From IMG/VR virus record IMGVR_UViG_3300007960_000418: a stretch of 16,437 nt of DNA. One strand, written 5' to 3'. Positions 1 through 6,957 of the stretch are shown in pieces. The notes under the pieces are model-generated. The model worked only from the letters and a program-made list of their open reading frames with translations, did no database searches and had not been told where the DNA came from. The number at the start of each line of letters is the position of its first letter. Within the stretch, counting starts at the first letter, position 1. A program made the translations under genes and the position numbers. The DNA comes from a virus.

Positions 1-218
1 ATTCCTGACTTGATCCCTGACTTGATTCCAGACTTGATGCATGACTTGATTTTCGACGTGATCCCAGACTTGATTCCTGACTTGATCCCTGACTTGGTTC
101 TCGACTTGATCCCAGACTTGATTCCTGACTTGAGTCCAGACTTGAGTCCAGACTTGATACTCGACTTGATCCGCGACTTGATCCCAGACTTGATCCTTGA
201 CTTGATTCCTGACTTGAT
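1..218. repeat. Degenerate 12-bp tandem repeat, unit GACTTGATYCCW
   Basis: About 18 consecutive 12-nt units (gacttgatccct / gacttgattcca / gacttgagtcca ...) visible from base 1 to about 218. Confidence 0.95.
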
Positions 219-237
219 ATATATCTTTTATATTCAT
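1..237 (-). CDS. Partial (3' end beyond window) CDS made of tetrapeptide repeats, consensus Q-V-[R/W/x]-[D/N], about 79 codons in window
   Basis: Reverse complement from ATG at 237..235 reads MNIKDIYQVRNQVKDQVWDQVADQVEYQVWTQVWTQVRNQVWDQVENQVRDQVRNQVWDHVENQVMHQVWNQVRDQVRN, open to base 1. Neighbouring genes are on the same strand. No clear Shine-Dalgarno seen. Confidence 0.55.
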   Translation of the reverse strand, partial: MNIKDIYQVRNQVKDQVWDQVADQVEYQVWTQVWTQVRNQVWDQVENQVRDQVRNQVWDHVENQVMHQVWNQVRDQVRN

Positions 238-257
238 TATAACACAAACCTTATTTT

Positions 258-629
258 TTAGTACCCGAGGTCCATTGCCAATCCAAGACCATAATCAGTT
301 ACATACCAGTCGTTGTTATGAATTCCTGGGAGCGAAACACCATTGATTACTGATTCACCAGAATCAACAATCAAACCTTTTTGAGAAAGGCTATTCATCA
401 CTCCGCGGAGTTGGATAATTGATATACCAGTCACTTCTGAAATTTCCGAAGGACTCATCCAAGTCATATTATCATTTAATAGATCGACGACTTCCGATGT
501 ATTGAGGTTATCCATTCCTTCATAAATCATGGCAGCTAAAACTAGATTTTCTTTGTCTGTGATCATAACATAGTCCTTCTGAAGATAAAACAGGTTTGAG
601 CTGGAGATCAACTCCAGCTCTTTTTTCAC
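258..629 (-). CDS. Hypothetical protein, possible winged-helix/HTH domain (123 aa), GTG start
   Basis: ORF overlaps the upstream gene by 4 nt (GTGA). Segment 'MSPSEISEVTGISIIQLRGVMNSLSQKGLIVDSG' looks like a winged-helix motif. Confidence 0.65.
   Translation of the reverse strand: MKKELELISSSNLFYLQKDYVMITDKENLVLAAMIYEGMDNLNTSEVVDLLNDNMTWMSPSEISEVTGISIIQLRGVMNSLSQKGLIVDSGESVINGVSLPGIHNNDWYVTDYGLGLAMDLGY
598..626 (+). terminator. Rho-independent terminator-like hairpin on + strand, overlapping the start of the minus-strand gene
   Basis: GAGCTGGAG (598-606) / atcaa / CTCCAGCTC (612-620): 9-bp perfect stem, 5-nt loop, followed by TTTTTT (621-626). Confidence 0.6.
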
Positions 630-1573
630 GCAGCTTCAGCCATATCCATAGCCTTATTCAGAGCTTGTACTTTACGAGCTTGATTAGAGCCGAACCAGCT
701 ATTGTACACTCGGTTATCAGCAGAGCGACCTTGCAAATGATCAGTAACATAAGTCACGGAATTGAATGCTTGCCACCACGACCCTTCCGCATATTCAGCG
801 CCAGGCTGTTTTTCAAGAGCATCATAAGCGAGTTTAGCATTACGTGAAAGATCATCGACAGTTTCGATATCTTTGCTTCCGGATGTTTTCGGAAAGACTG
901 TCGCATAGTATTCAATCAGCGATTCAGCAGTCACTCGCTTTGAACCGAGATACTGAGCCATCTCTTTGTATTGAGCAAACTTCTCATGAGCGAGCCCCAT
1001 AGCTTCTTTAACTTTATCACCATCAAACTTCGATGAGTGGTTTGCACGATATGAAATGTCAGCATGACGCTCGAGGCTAAATGTTAGTGTGTTATTGCAT
1101 ACAACACGAATAGGCGTGAACCGAATATCGATGCACTTGCCATATTGATGTGGATTGCTAAACAGAAGATAGCTGTCGACCCGATCACCACCGAAGATAT
1201 CGAAAGACTCTTTGACTTTTGCTAGAGCCCAGACCATCTTTCCTTCTTTCAAGGATCCAGCGGTATGCATTTCCATATCGCCGGAAAGAACGAATTCGGA
1301 GAAAAATTCGAACGCTTCTTCGTTTTGCACAGGGTTCCAGCCAGCACCAACTTGAGTGAGCACCTTGTTATCGGAAGAACGAACAAGAGCTTGAACACCA
1401 GTCTCAATACGTTCACCGTCGATTTCAATGAATGTAGGAACCTTATCAACAGACCAGTTTAGTCCAGCCTTTTCCATCATTTGAGACGGAGTGAGATCAT
1501 TGCTTACTTCAACTCCGAGCCCATGCCAAGGGATCTCGCCAGAGTATGCCATCGTTTCAACTTGATGTGCCAT
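626..1573 (-). CDS. DUF932-like / phage-plasmid-like protein (315 aa)
   Basis: N-terminus MAHQVETMAYSGEIPWHGLG with internal 'RFTPIRVVCNNTL' typical of DUF932-type phage proteins. SD-like AAGGA upstream of ATG. Confidence 0.8.
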   Translation of the reverse strand: MAHQVETMAYSGEIPWHGLGVEVSNDLTPSQMMEKAGLNWSVDKVPTFIEIDGERIETGVQALVRSSDNKVLTQVGAGWNPVQNEEAFEFFSEFVLSGDMEMHTAGSLKEGKMVWALAKVKESFDIFGGDRVDSYLLFSNPHQYGKCIDIRFTPIRVVCNNTLTFSLERHADISYRANHSSKFDGDKVKEAMGLAHEKFAQYKEMAQYLGSKRVTAESLIEYYATVFPKTSGSKDIETVDDLSRNAKLAYDALEKQPGAEYAEGSWWQAFNSVTYVTDHLQGRSADNRVYNSWFGSNQARKVQALNKAMDMAEAA

Positions 1574-1601
1574 GATATATCCTTTCGCTGTTTACATGAC
1601 C

Positions 1602-1629
1602 AATATAATTACTTTTAAAACAATGTCAA
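1602..1629 (-). promoter_or_regulatory. Sigma70-like early promoter, TTGACA-N16-TATATT
   Basis: Reverse complement: cggTTGACAttgttttaaaagtaatTATATTgg, just upstream of the gene starting at 1573. Confidence 0.75.
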
Positions 1630-2213
1630 CCGTTTTTTGCAATCATTTCATAAATTTCTTTCCAGTTCTGAACTCGGATTGCATCACCTTTGTAATCGGC
1701 ATTATATTCATGTGCCATTAGAATACCAATTAATCCCAGATCGATACCAACGTCACAGTTTTCAGCCTTGTCTTCGACCCAGTAGCACCCGCTTTCCTGG
1801 TATTCTTTCAACGCTTCGTGTTTATCAGCGCCAGTATCCAAATACGTAAACTTTTGGAATGCGGTTTCGCCGAATAGACGCTTAATATTTTCCGTTCGTG
1901 CTAAACCAGCCGTAGGCTCTAGGGAAAGCGATGTGATTGCATGAAACACATATCCATGCTTTCGGTGAAGCAAATTGACATAGTGCATAGCATCTCGTAG
2001 AGGTGGAAGATAAGCAATTGCAGCCGACTCGTTAAACGTCCGAGTGTAAAGATTTTTTTCAGTTTTAGTTAAACCAAACCTTCGTTCTATGCTGTATTCA
2101 TTTCCCATGCCATACAGAGGAAATAGGTTATGCCGAGCCATCCATTGGTCAAAAGACTCTAACCAATTCAATAGCACACCGTCGACATCAGTTAAGATTA
2201 CATGTCCATACAT
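1626..2213 (-). CDS. HAD-like phosphatase / 5'-nucleotidase-like protein (195 aa)
   Basis: N-terminal DxDG-type motif 'VILTDVDGVLLNW', later 'YWVEDKAENCDVGIDLG' resembling HAD motif III/IV. TAATG junction with the upstream gene. Confidence 0.65.
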   Translation of the reverse strand: MYGHVILTDVDGVLLNWLESFDQWMARHNLFPLYGMGNEYSIERRFGLTKTEKNLYTRTFNESAAIAYLPPLRDAMHYVNLLHRKHGYVFHAITSLSLEPTAGLARTENIKRLFGETAFQKFTYLDTGADKHEALKEYQESGCYWVEDKAENCDVGIDLGLIGILMAHEYNADYKGDAIRVQNWKEIYEMIAKNG

Positions 2214-2539
2214 TAGGGGTTCTTTTCTCCTAGTAATTCTTTAGCAGCTTTGTGATAGTCATATTTTTCGATAATCCGAGAACCTGGATTATCATGGTAT
2301 TTGCCAGCAATCCCAAGACGCCAGACTTGTACATACTTAGCAAGCTCTTCACCGCCGATGTGTTCACAATGAAGAGCCATTCCAACACAGGTAACCGCGC
2401 TCTGCGTTCCACCATAATATCCATTATAGTCCATCACCACATAGCCACAGTAATCTGTGTTATCAGCAAGGTTTTGGACGTGTTTAGGTATCACTGTGAT
2501 CTTCCTTTTCACAGGGTGAATTTCAGACTCATGAAGCAC
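2213..2539 (-). CDS. Hypothetical protein (108 aa), GTG start
   Basis: ORF packed between co-directional genes with short overlaps. No family recognised. Confidence 0.6.
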   Translation of the reverse strand: MLHESEIHPVKRKITVIPKHVQNLADNTDYCGYVVMDYNGYYGGTQSAVTCVGMALHCEHIGGEELAKYVQVWRLGIAGKYHDNPGSRIIEKYDYHKAAKELLGEKNP

Positions 2540-2925
2540 TCCATCGTGAGGGGAGCTTCAAGCTCGTATGCCTCTTTTTCCCACGGAGCGTCAGCGTAAT
2601 CGACGTCAGTGAAGTCGCCTTTTTTCCACAGAGTCCGGCCATTGACGTTGCGAAGCTCTTTACGAGCATATTGCTTGACGTGGATCATTTCATGAACAAG
2701 CGTTCCGATCAGCTCTTGGATCGGAAGCCCTTTCTGAATCGTGACGGTAAACTCACGACCGCCGTCTTCTTCCATGCAGTGCCCAAAGGCATCGATTTTT
2801 TCGAAAGAGACGAGAATGTCGAGAGTCCGCATTCGAGGCATCAGCTTGTTGATGCACCAAGAAATCACCTCATATGCAAGCTCAGCCTCTTTGCCTTTGG
2901 TGCCGATCACGCTGACGGTATTCAT
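2509..2925 (-). CDS. Small SprT/zincin-like metallopeptidase (138 aa)
   Basis: HExxH motif in 'LIGTLVHEMIHVKQYARKEL'. SD-like AAGGA upstream of the ATG. Confidence 0.7.
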   Translation of the reverse strand: MNTVSVIGTKGKEAELAYEVISWCINKLMPRMRTLDILVSFEKIDAFGHCMEEDGGREFTVTIQKGLPIQELIGTLVHEMIHVKQYARKELRNVNGRTLWKKGDFTDVDYADAPWEKEAYELEAPLTMECFMSLKFTL

Positions 2926-2954
2926 TGATGATTCCTTTCGTTCCTTACAATACC

Positions 2955-2982
2955 AATATAATCATTTTTGAAAGGATGTCAA
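2955..2982 (-). promoter_or_regulatory. Sigma70-like early promoter, TTGACA-N16-TATATT
   Basis: Reverse complement: cggTTGACAtcctttcaaaaatgatTATATTgg upstream of the gene starting at 2925. Part of a 49-nt cassette repeated near 14726. Confidence 0.8.
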
Positions 2983-2992
2983 CCGTTTCTTT

Positions 2993-3592
2993 TTAAATTT
3001 TTTGAAAAAATCCTCTGCGGTGATAATCCGCTGATGATACATATTGGTATCCTTCGAGCGGTTCGAGGTAATCGTCAAACACCGGAATAATCTCATCGCC
3101 GTTGTATGATTTCCAGTTTGGGTTCAGCCTCAGATGGATCTCGATTATTCGATCACCGATCATTTCGATGTTAACGTATGGATACAAACACCTCAGATCT
3201 TTCATTATCGACGGATATTCAATCTGATCGTCGGTTCGTATCCACTTTGACCATTTCCATAGGGGGTTGGCTGGATCACGAATTCCTTCAACACAAAGGA
3301 TTTGTTTTCCTTTGATATAGTCGACACTGAGATGACGACCGGTGAATACCTCGCACCAAAACTCGCCAGGCTCTAGTAGACTTTTAGTACTCTTTTCGAT
3401 TTCAATAATTCTCGCTTTACGTCCCATTCCTTCGATGTTGACAACAGGTCGAACCACATATCTACCAGGTTTTGGAACATCAATGCCATGTGGCCCGCAG
3501 ATATACCCAAGACGTTTGGATAAAATTAGTTTGTCAAAAATCCACATATCTTCGTTGTGAACATGGTTCCATGCTTGTGTATCGCTATACAT
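2993..3592 (-). CDS. Hypothetical phage protein (199 aa)
   Basis: Full-length ORF with AGGA upstream of the start and a TATAAATA late-promoter motif at the right distance. No family recognised. Confidence 0.7.
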   Translation of the reverse strand: MYSDTQAWNHVHNEDMWIFDKLILSKRLGYICGPHGIDVPKPGRYVVRPVVNIEGMGRKARIIEIEKSTKSLLEPGEFWCEVFTGRHLSVDYIKGKQILCVEGIRDPANPLWKWSKWIRTDDQIEYPSIMKDLRCLYPYVNIEMIGDRIIEIHLRLNPNWKSYNGDEIIPVFDDYLEPLEGYQYVSSADYHRRGFFQKI

Positions 3593-3600
3593 GATTGTCC

Positions 3601-3608
3601 TATAAATA
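3601..3608 (+). promoter_or_regulatory. T4-type late promoter -10 box TATAAATA
   Basis: Exact TATAAATA about 37 nt upstream of the tail-tube-like gene start. The window also encodes the gp55 sigma that recognises this motif in T4. Confidence 0.7.
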
Positions 3609-3637
3609 CAGTTGAAAACAAAAGACCATTCATGAGG

Positions 3638-3645
3638 TATTTATA
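3638..3645 (-). promoter_or_regulatory. T4-type late promoter -10 box TATAAATA on minus strand
   Basis: TATTTATA on + strand = TATAAATA on - strand, upstream of the minus gene starting at 3592. Confidence 0.6.
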
Positions 3646-4148
3646 TGACAATGTTATGCGGCGAAAGAAACCACCTGCAGCCAACAAATTTTAACCTGAT
3701 CATTGACAGGGTTAACTATCCGAGTTTAAACTATTACGTCAACTCGTTTTCGCATGCTTCGGTTTCATTAAACAACACTACCAACTTCACATACAAAAGA
3801 ATAACCAATGTGCCAATTATCGGTGATTCAATTGACTATGGAACAGTGACATTTGATGTAATTATTGATGAGGATATGAACTCATACACGGAGATATATG
3901 ATTGGATGAACCGTTTGGTTGACAATAAGTATGTAGCCCCATATAATGACACTGATGCATTGCCTTCGTCTGAAGAAGATTTGGTTCTGTTAATATACAC
4001 ATCAGCTGATACAGTTAATAAAAAAATCGTCTATAAGAATGCATTTCCAACAGCTCTTGGTGAAATACAATTCAACTCCACGACAACCGATCCTGAAGTA
4101 ATTACAGTTCCAGTGACGTTTGCTTTCACCTACTTTACGATTGAATAA
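3645..4148 (+). CDS. gp19-like tail tube family structural protein (167 aa)
   Basis: C-terminus 'KNAFPTALGEIQFNSTTTDPEVITVPVTFAFTYFTIE' parallels T4 gp19 'GLWPTNVGELQLDW...IQTFEVTLALDYWE' (from memory). GAGG SD at 3634-3637. Confidence 0.65.
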   Translation: MTMLCGERNHLQPTNFNLIIDRVNYPSLNYYVNSFSHASVSLNNTTNFTYKRITNVPIIGDSIDYGTVTFDVIIDEDMNSYTEIYDWMNRLVDNKYVAPYNDTDALPSSEEDLVLLIYTSADTVNKKIVYKNAFPTALGEIQFNSTTTDPEVITVPVTFAFTYFTIE

Positions 4149-4171
4149 TATGAAACATATCGGAGAATATT

Positions 4172-4618
4172 ATGGATCTGAATCAAATTCTAGATCAGTG
4201 GGAAAATCACGACTGTAAAATTGATAGCCTTAGGCTAGAACAGGCTTCTCATGATACGCCACCTTTACACGCAAAGTATCTCCGTTTACATTCGCAAGCT
4301 AAAATGAAGCTGGCTAAGCTTGAAATTGAGCAAAAAACTTTGCTGAAAGATAAGTGGTTATATTATAATGGAAAAATGACAAAGGATCAGATTGAGCAAA
4401 GAGGATGGCAATACGATCCTTTTGATGGTCTCAAGATACTAAAGAGCGAAATGAATTACTTTTACGATTCAGACTCAGACCTTCAAAACTCACAAGCAAA
4501 GATTGCCTATATGAAAGAGGTGGTCGACGTACTTAAGGCGATTATAGATAGTCTTAAGTGGAGACATCAAACAGTTAAAAATATCATAGATATAAAGAAG
4601 TTCGAATCAGGTGGATAA
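4172..4618 (+). CDS. uvsY: UvsY-like recombination/replication mediator (148 aa)
   Basis: Size, charge pattern and position directly upstream of uvsW. 'LHAKYLRLHSQAKMKLAKLEIEQKTLLKDKWLYYNGKM' is typical of T4-like UvsY. Confidence 0.85.
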   Translation: MDLNQILDQWENHDCKIDSLRLEQASHDTPPLHAKYLRLHSQAKMKLAKLEIEQKTLLKDKWLYYNGKMTKDQIEQRGWQYDPFDGLKILKSEMNYFYDSDSDLQNSQAKIAYMKEVVDVLKAIIDSLKWRHQTVKNIIDIKKFESGG

Positions 4619-6113
4619 ACTTACAGTCAAAAGAATAGATTACACAAATCTTTTAGTTGATTGCTCACCATCAGTTGCGGCTGAACTCAACGACGTGTTT
4701 TCATTTTACGTCCCTAACCACAAGTGGATACCAAGCGTTCGTAACAAGATTTGGGACGGAAAGATTCGAATTTTCAACTACAAGACGCATCATTTTCCAG
4801 CTGGATTATATGACCACCTCGAAGATTTTTGCAACAAGCGAGATTATCAAATACAGCTGATCGAATCCGATTATGGATTAGCTAACGTAAAGAGTGAAAT
4901 TGATCCACGTAAAATAATGGATTTTATTGATGGTCTGAATCTTCATTCACGTGGTAACAAAATTTCAATCAGAGATTATCAGTTCAATGGTGTTTGTAAG
5001 GCTCTTGAATCTCGTCGGCAGTTGCTTCTTTCACCAACAGGATCTGGCAAATCTCTCATCATTTATACTTTGATAAGATATCTTTTACGGCAGTTTGACG
5101 ACAAGATCTTAATTGTAGTTCCAACAACGAGTCTCGTTGAACAGATGTATTCCGATTTTGCTGATTATTCGGAGTTTGATGATTCATTCAACGTTCAGCA
5201 TGTTTGCCACAAAATATATTCAGGTAAAGAAAAGACAAACGTTCACGAGAGAGTTTTCATATCAACGTGGCAATCAATCTTCCGATTGGGTCCAAAATGG
5301 TTCCAACAATTCGGTGCCGTATTTGGCGACGAGGCTCATGGATTTCAGGCTAAGTCGATGTCTTCGATTATGAACAAAGCTAAAAATGCTGAATACCGAA
5401 TTGGAACAACAGGAACGTTAAACGATGCTAAGACACACGAGTTAGTTCTTCAAGGTCTGTTTGGCCCAATACACAGAGTGACGACAACGAAGAAACTTCA
5501 GGATGAGGACACTCTTGCTCAATTAAAGATCAACATGATTGAATTAACATACCCAGATCAGATACGAAAGACATTCGGTAAACAGACATACCAAAGTGAG
5601 ATTGACTGGATTGTTCAAAATCAAAAGCGGAATGAGTTCATTACCAAACTAGCTTGCTCTCTTGAAGGCAACACGTTGCTTCTTTTTCAATTCGTTGATA
5701 AGCACGGCAAGGTTCTTCATCAGATGATTAAAGACACATCCCCCGATTTCAAGGTATTTTACGTATCTGGTGAAACCGATAAATCCGATCGAGAAGCAAT
5801 TCGGTCAATTGTGGAACAGCAGCATAAGTCAATTACTGTTGCCTCTAGTGGTGTTTTTTCGACTGGAGTTAACATCAAGAATATACATAACATTATATTC
5901 AGCAGTCCATCAAAATCTCAGATACGCGTTCTTCAATCGATTGGACGTGGTTTAAGAAAATCTGATAACGGAAAACCAACCAAGCTATACGACATTGTCG
6001 ATAACCTTTGTTATGGTCGTAGAAAGAATTATGCAGTCCGTCATGCTGAAGAACGCCATAATATATACAACAAGGAGCAATTTGACGTGAAGGTACATAA
6101 GGTTCAATTATGA
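4611..6113 (+). CDS. uvsW: UvsW-like RNA-DNA/DNA-DNA helicase (500 aa)
   Basis: SF2 motifs: 'LLSPTGSGKSLI' (Walker A), 'GDEAHGFQ' (DEAH), 'SIGRGLRKSDNG' (motif VI). Confidence 0.95.
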   Translation: MDKLTVKRIDYTNLLVDCSPSVAAELNDVFSFYVPNHKWIPSVRNKIWDGKIRIFNYKTHHFPAGLYDHLEDFCNKRDYQIQLIESDYGLANVKSEIDPRKIMDFIDGLNLHSRGNKISIRDYQFNGVCKALESRRQLLLSPTGSGKSLIIYTLIRYLLRQFDDKILIVVPTTSLVEQMYSDFADYSEFDDSFNVQHVCHKIYSGKEKTNVHERVFISTWQSIFRLGPKWFQQFGAVFGDEAHGFQAKSMSSIMNKAKNAEYRIGTTGTLNDAKTHELVLQGLFGPIHRVTTTKKLQDEDTLAQLKINMIELTYPDQIRKTFGKQTYQSEIDWIVQNQKRNEFITKLACSLEGNTLLLFQFVDKHGKVLHQMIKDTSPDFKVFYVSGETDKSDREAIRSIVEQQHKSITVASSGVFSTGVNIKNIHNIIFSSPSKSQIRVLQSIGRGLRKSDNGKPTKLYDIVDNLCYGRRKNYAVRHAEERHNIYNKEQFDVKVHKVQL

Positions 6114-6481
6114 ATAGCATTTATCAATACAAACTAGCGACTGGTGAAGAAATCATTGGAGAACTTCTTGAAGAGGATGAAGATTTTCTTTACTATAAGA
6201 ATGTGTTAACAATTAATAGAATGGTTATTGACAACAGTATTGTCCATACTATGAATTCATGGATCATTGGTCAATTCTCTGATAACGATGATACAACTAT
6301 CATTGCTATTAATCCTTCTCATATCACATCTAGTAATATTCCTACTGAAAATATCTTAAACCAATATCGTAAGAGTATTTCTTATTATGTTCAAGATAGT
6401 GATTTACAAGATAACCAATTAAATTCAGATTCAGATCAACCTAGTAATATTGTTTCGTTTAGATCTAATTTAATTCACTAA
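6110..6481 (+). CDS. Hypothetical protein with Sm/LSm-like N-terminal segment (123 aa)
   Basis: ATGA overlap with uvsW. 'YQYKLATGEEIIGELLEEDEDFLYYKNVLTI' resembles the small Sm-like proteins common in T4-like marine phages. Confidence 0.6.
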   Translation: MNSIYQYKLATGEEIIGELLEEDEDFLYYKNVLTINRMVIDNSIVHTMNSWIIGQFSDNDDTTIIAINPSHITSSNIPTENILNQYRKSISYYVQDSDLQDNQLNSDSDQPSNIVSFRSNLIH

Positions 6482-6490
6482 TTGATATTC

Positions 6491-6541
6491 AGTGTTTTGA
6501 ACACACTTCACCTATCCGCAGGAAAAGTGTTCGAAAACATT
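6491..6541 (+). other. Imperfect inverted repeat / hairpin just downstream of the Sm-like ORF
   Basis: AGTGTTTTGAACAC (6491-6504) pairs with GTGTTCGAAAACATT (6527-6541) with one bulge and one G-U. No following T-run, so not a classical terminator. Confidence 0.6.
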
Positions 6542-6544
6542 CTA

Positions 6545-6817
6545 TGAGAGAAACCCAAGATTGGGAAAGGGGGGTTGCCCGGTCTCCTTTTACTCTCTGC
6601 TTCAGCAGCGGCACCAACGATGAAGCCCATAGAACGACAGACATCGTGGTCGAGGGTTGCAGGTAAACAGAGCCCTCATCCTGATGATAATTATTTGACA
6701 AAGTGGCGTTTCACCTTTGCCACTACCATGATATATTGTTGGGCCTAACTCGATCCGCACAAGCGTCAACTCAATGAACTTCGAAACTTGGGCTCCACGC
6801 GAGGTTTGCATCTCTCA
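6545..6817 (+). ncRNA. Candidate structured non-coding RNA (possibly extending to 6491)
   Basis: Long-range closing helix TGAGAG+AAACC (6545-6555) with GGTTT (6803-6807)+CTCTCA (6812-6817). Internal hairpins at 6565-6591, 6599-6626 or 6613-6650, 6652-6678 and 6702-6724. Non-coding gap in a compact phage genome. Confidence 0.5.
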
Positions 6818-6839
6818 AAAGAATATGTATAGGTTCAAT

Positions 6840-6866
6840 ATTATACCACGCGAATATAGATGTCAA
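6840..6866 (-). promoter_or_regulatory. Possible minus-strand sigma70-like promoter (TTGACA; TATAAT at N15 or TAATAT at N17)
   Basis: TGTCAA at 6861-6866; ATTATA at 6840-6845 on + strand. Confidence 0.4.
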
Positions 6867-6957
6867 CAACTTTTTTCGTCAATCGTGATATTTTTTTACT
6901 ATATCATATAAAAAAATCTATGTCAACGACTTTTTTCGGTTGACATCATATTTTTTT
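6860..6957. repeat. Imperfect tandem duplication, 60-bp period
   Basis: atgtcaacaacttttttcg...atattttttt (6860-6897) aligns ungapped with atgtcaacgacttttttcg...atattttttt (6920-6957), about 30/38 identical. Confidence 0.7.
6898..6926 (-). promoter_or_regulatory. Minus-strand sigma70-like promoter TTGACA-N17-TATAGT
   Basis: TGTCAA at 6921-6926, 17-nt spacer, ACTATA at 6898-6903 on + strand. Confidence 0.5.

Noticed and set aside
1-218. CRISPR array
   Set aside because: The repeat is a continuous 12-bp tandem array without unique spacers. No other direct-repeat/spacer pattern or cas gene was seen.
10-261. Plus-strand ORF encoding (IPDL)n repeats
   Set aside because: Low-complexity translation of a 12-bp repeat that is open in all frames. 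It is opposite to the local gene direction, and the minus-strand QV reading is more plausible.
6491-6541. Intrinsic terminator downstream of the Sm-like ORF
   Set aside because: The hairpin is imperfect with a 22-nt loop and is followed by TCTATGAGAG rather than a T-run.
6489-6811. Minus-strand ORFs 6489-6701 and 6602-6811
   Set aside because: Short, Cys/Arg-rich, overlapping each other and the self-complementary region, with no recognisable motif. More likely chance ORFs over structured RNA.
6545-6817. tmRNA, RNase P RNA, SRP RNA, 6S RNA or group I intron
   Set aside because: I looked for tmRNA acceptor/T-loop ends and tag ORF, the RNase P 'GAGGAAAGTCCGGGC' core, the SRP tetraloop region and intron core elements, and found no convincing match. 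A short THR-ASN-ASP-GLU-like reading near 6614 does not end in a tmRNA-like tag. Needs cmscan to be certain.
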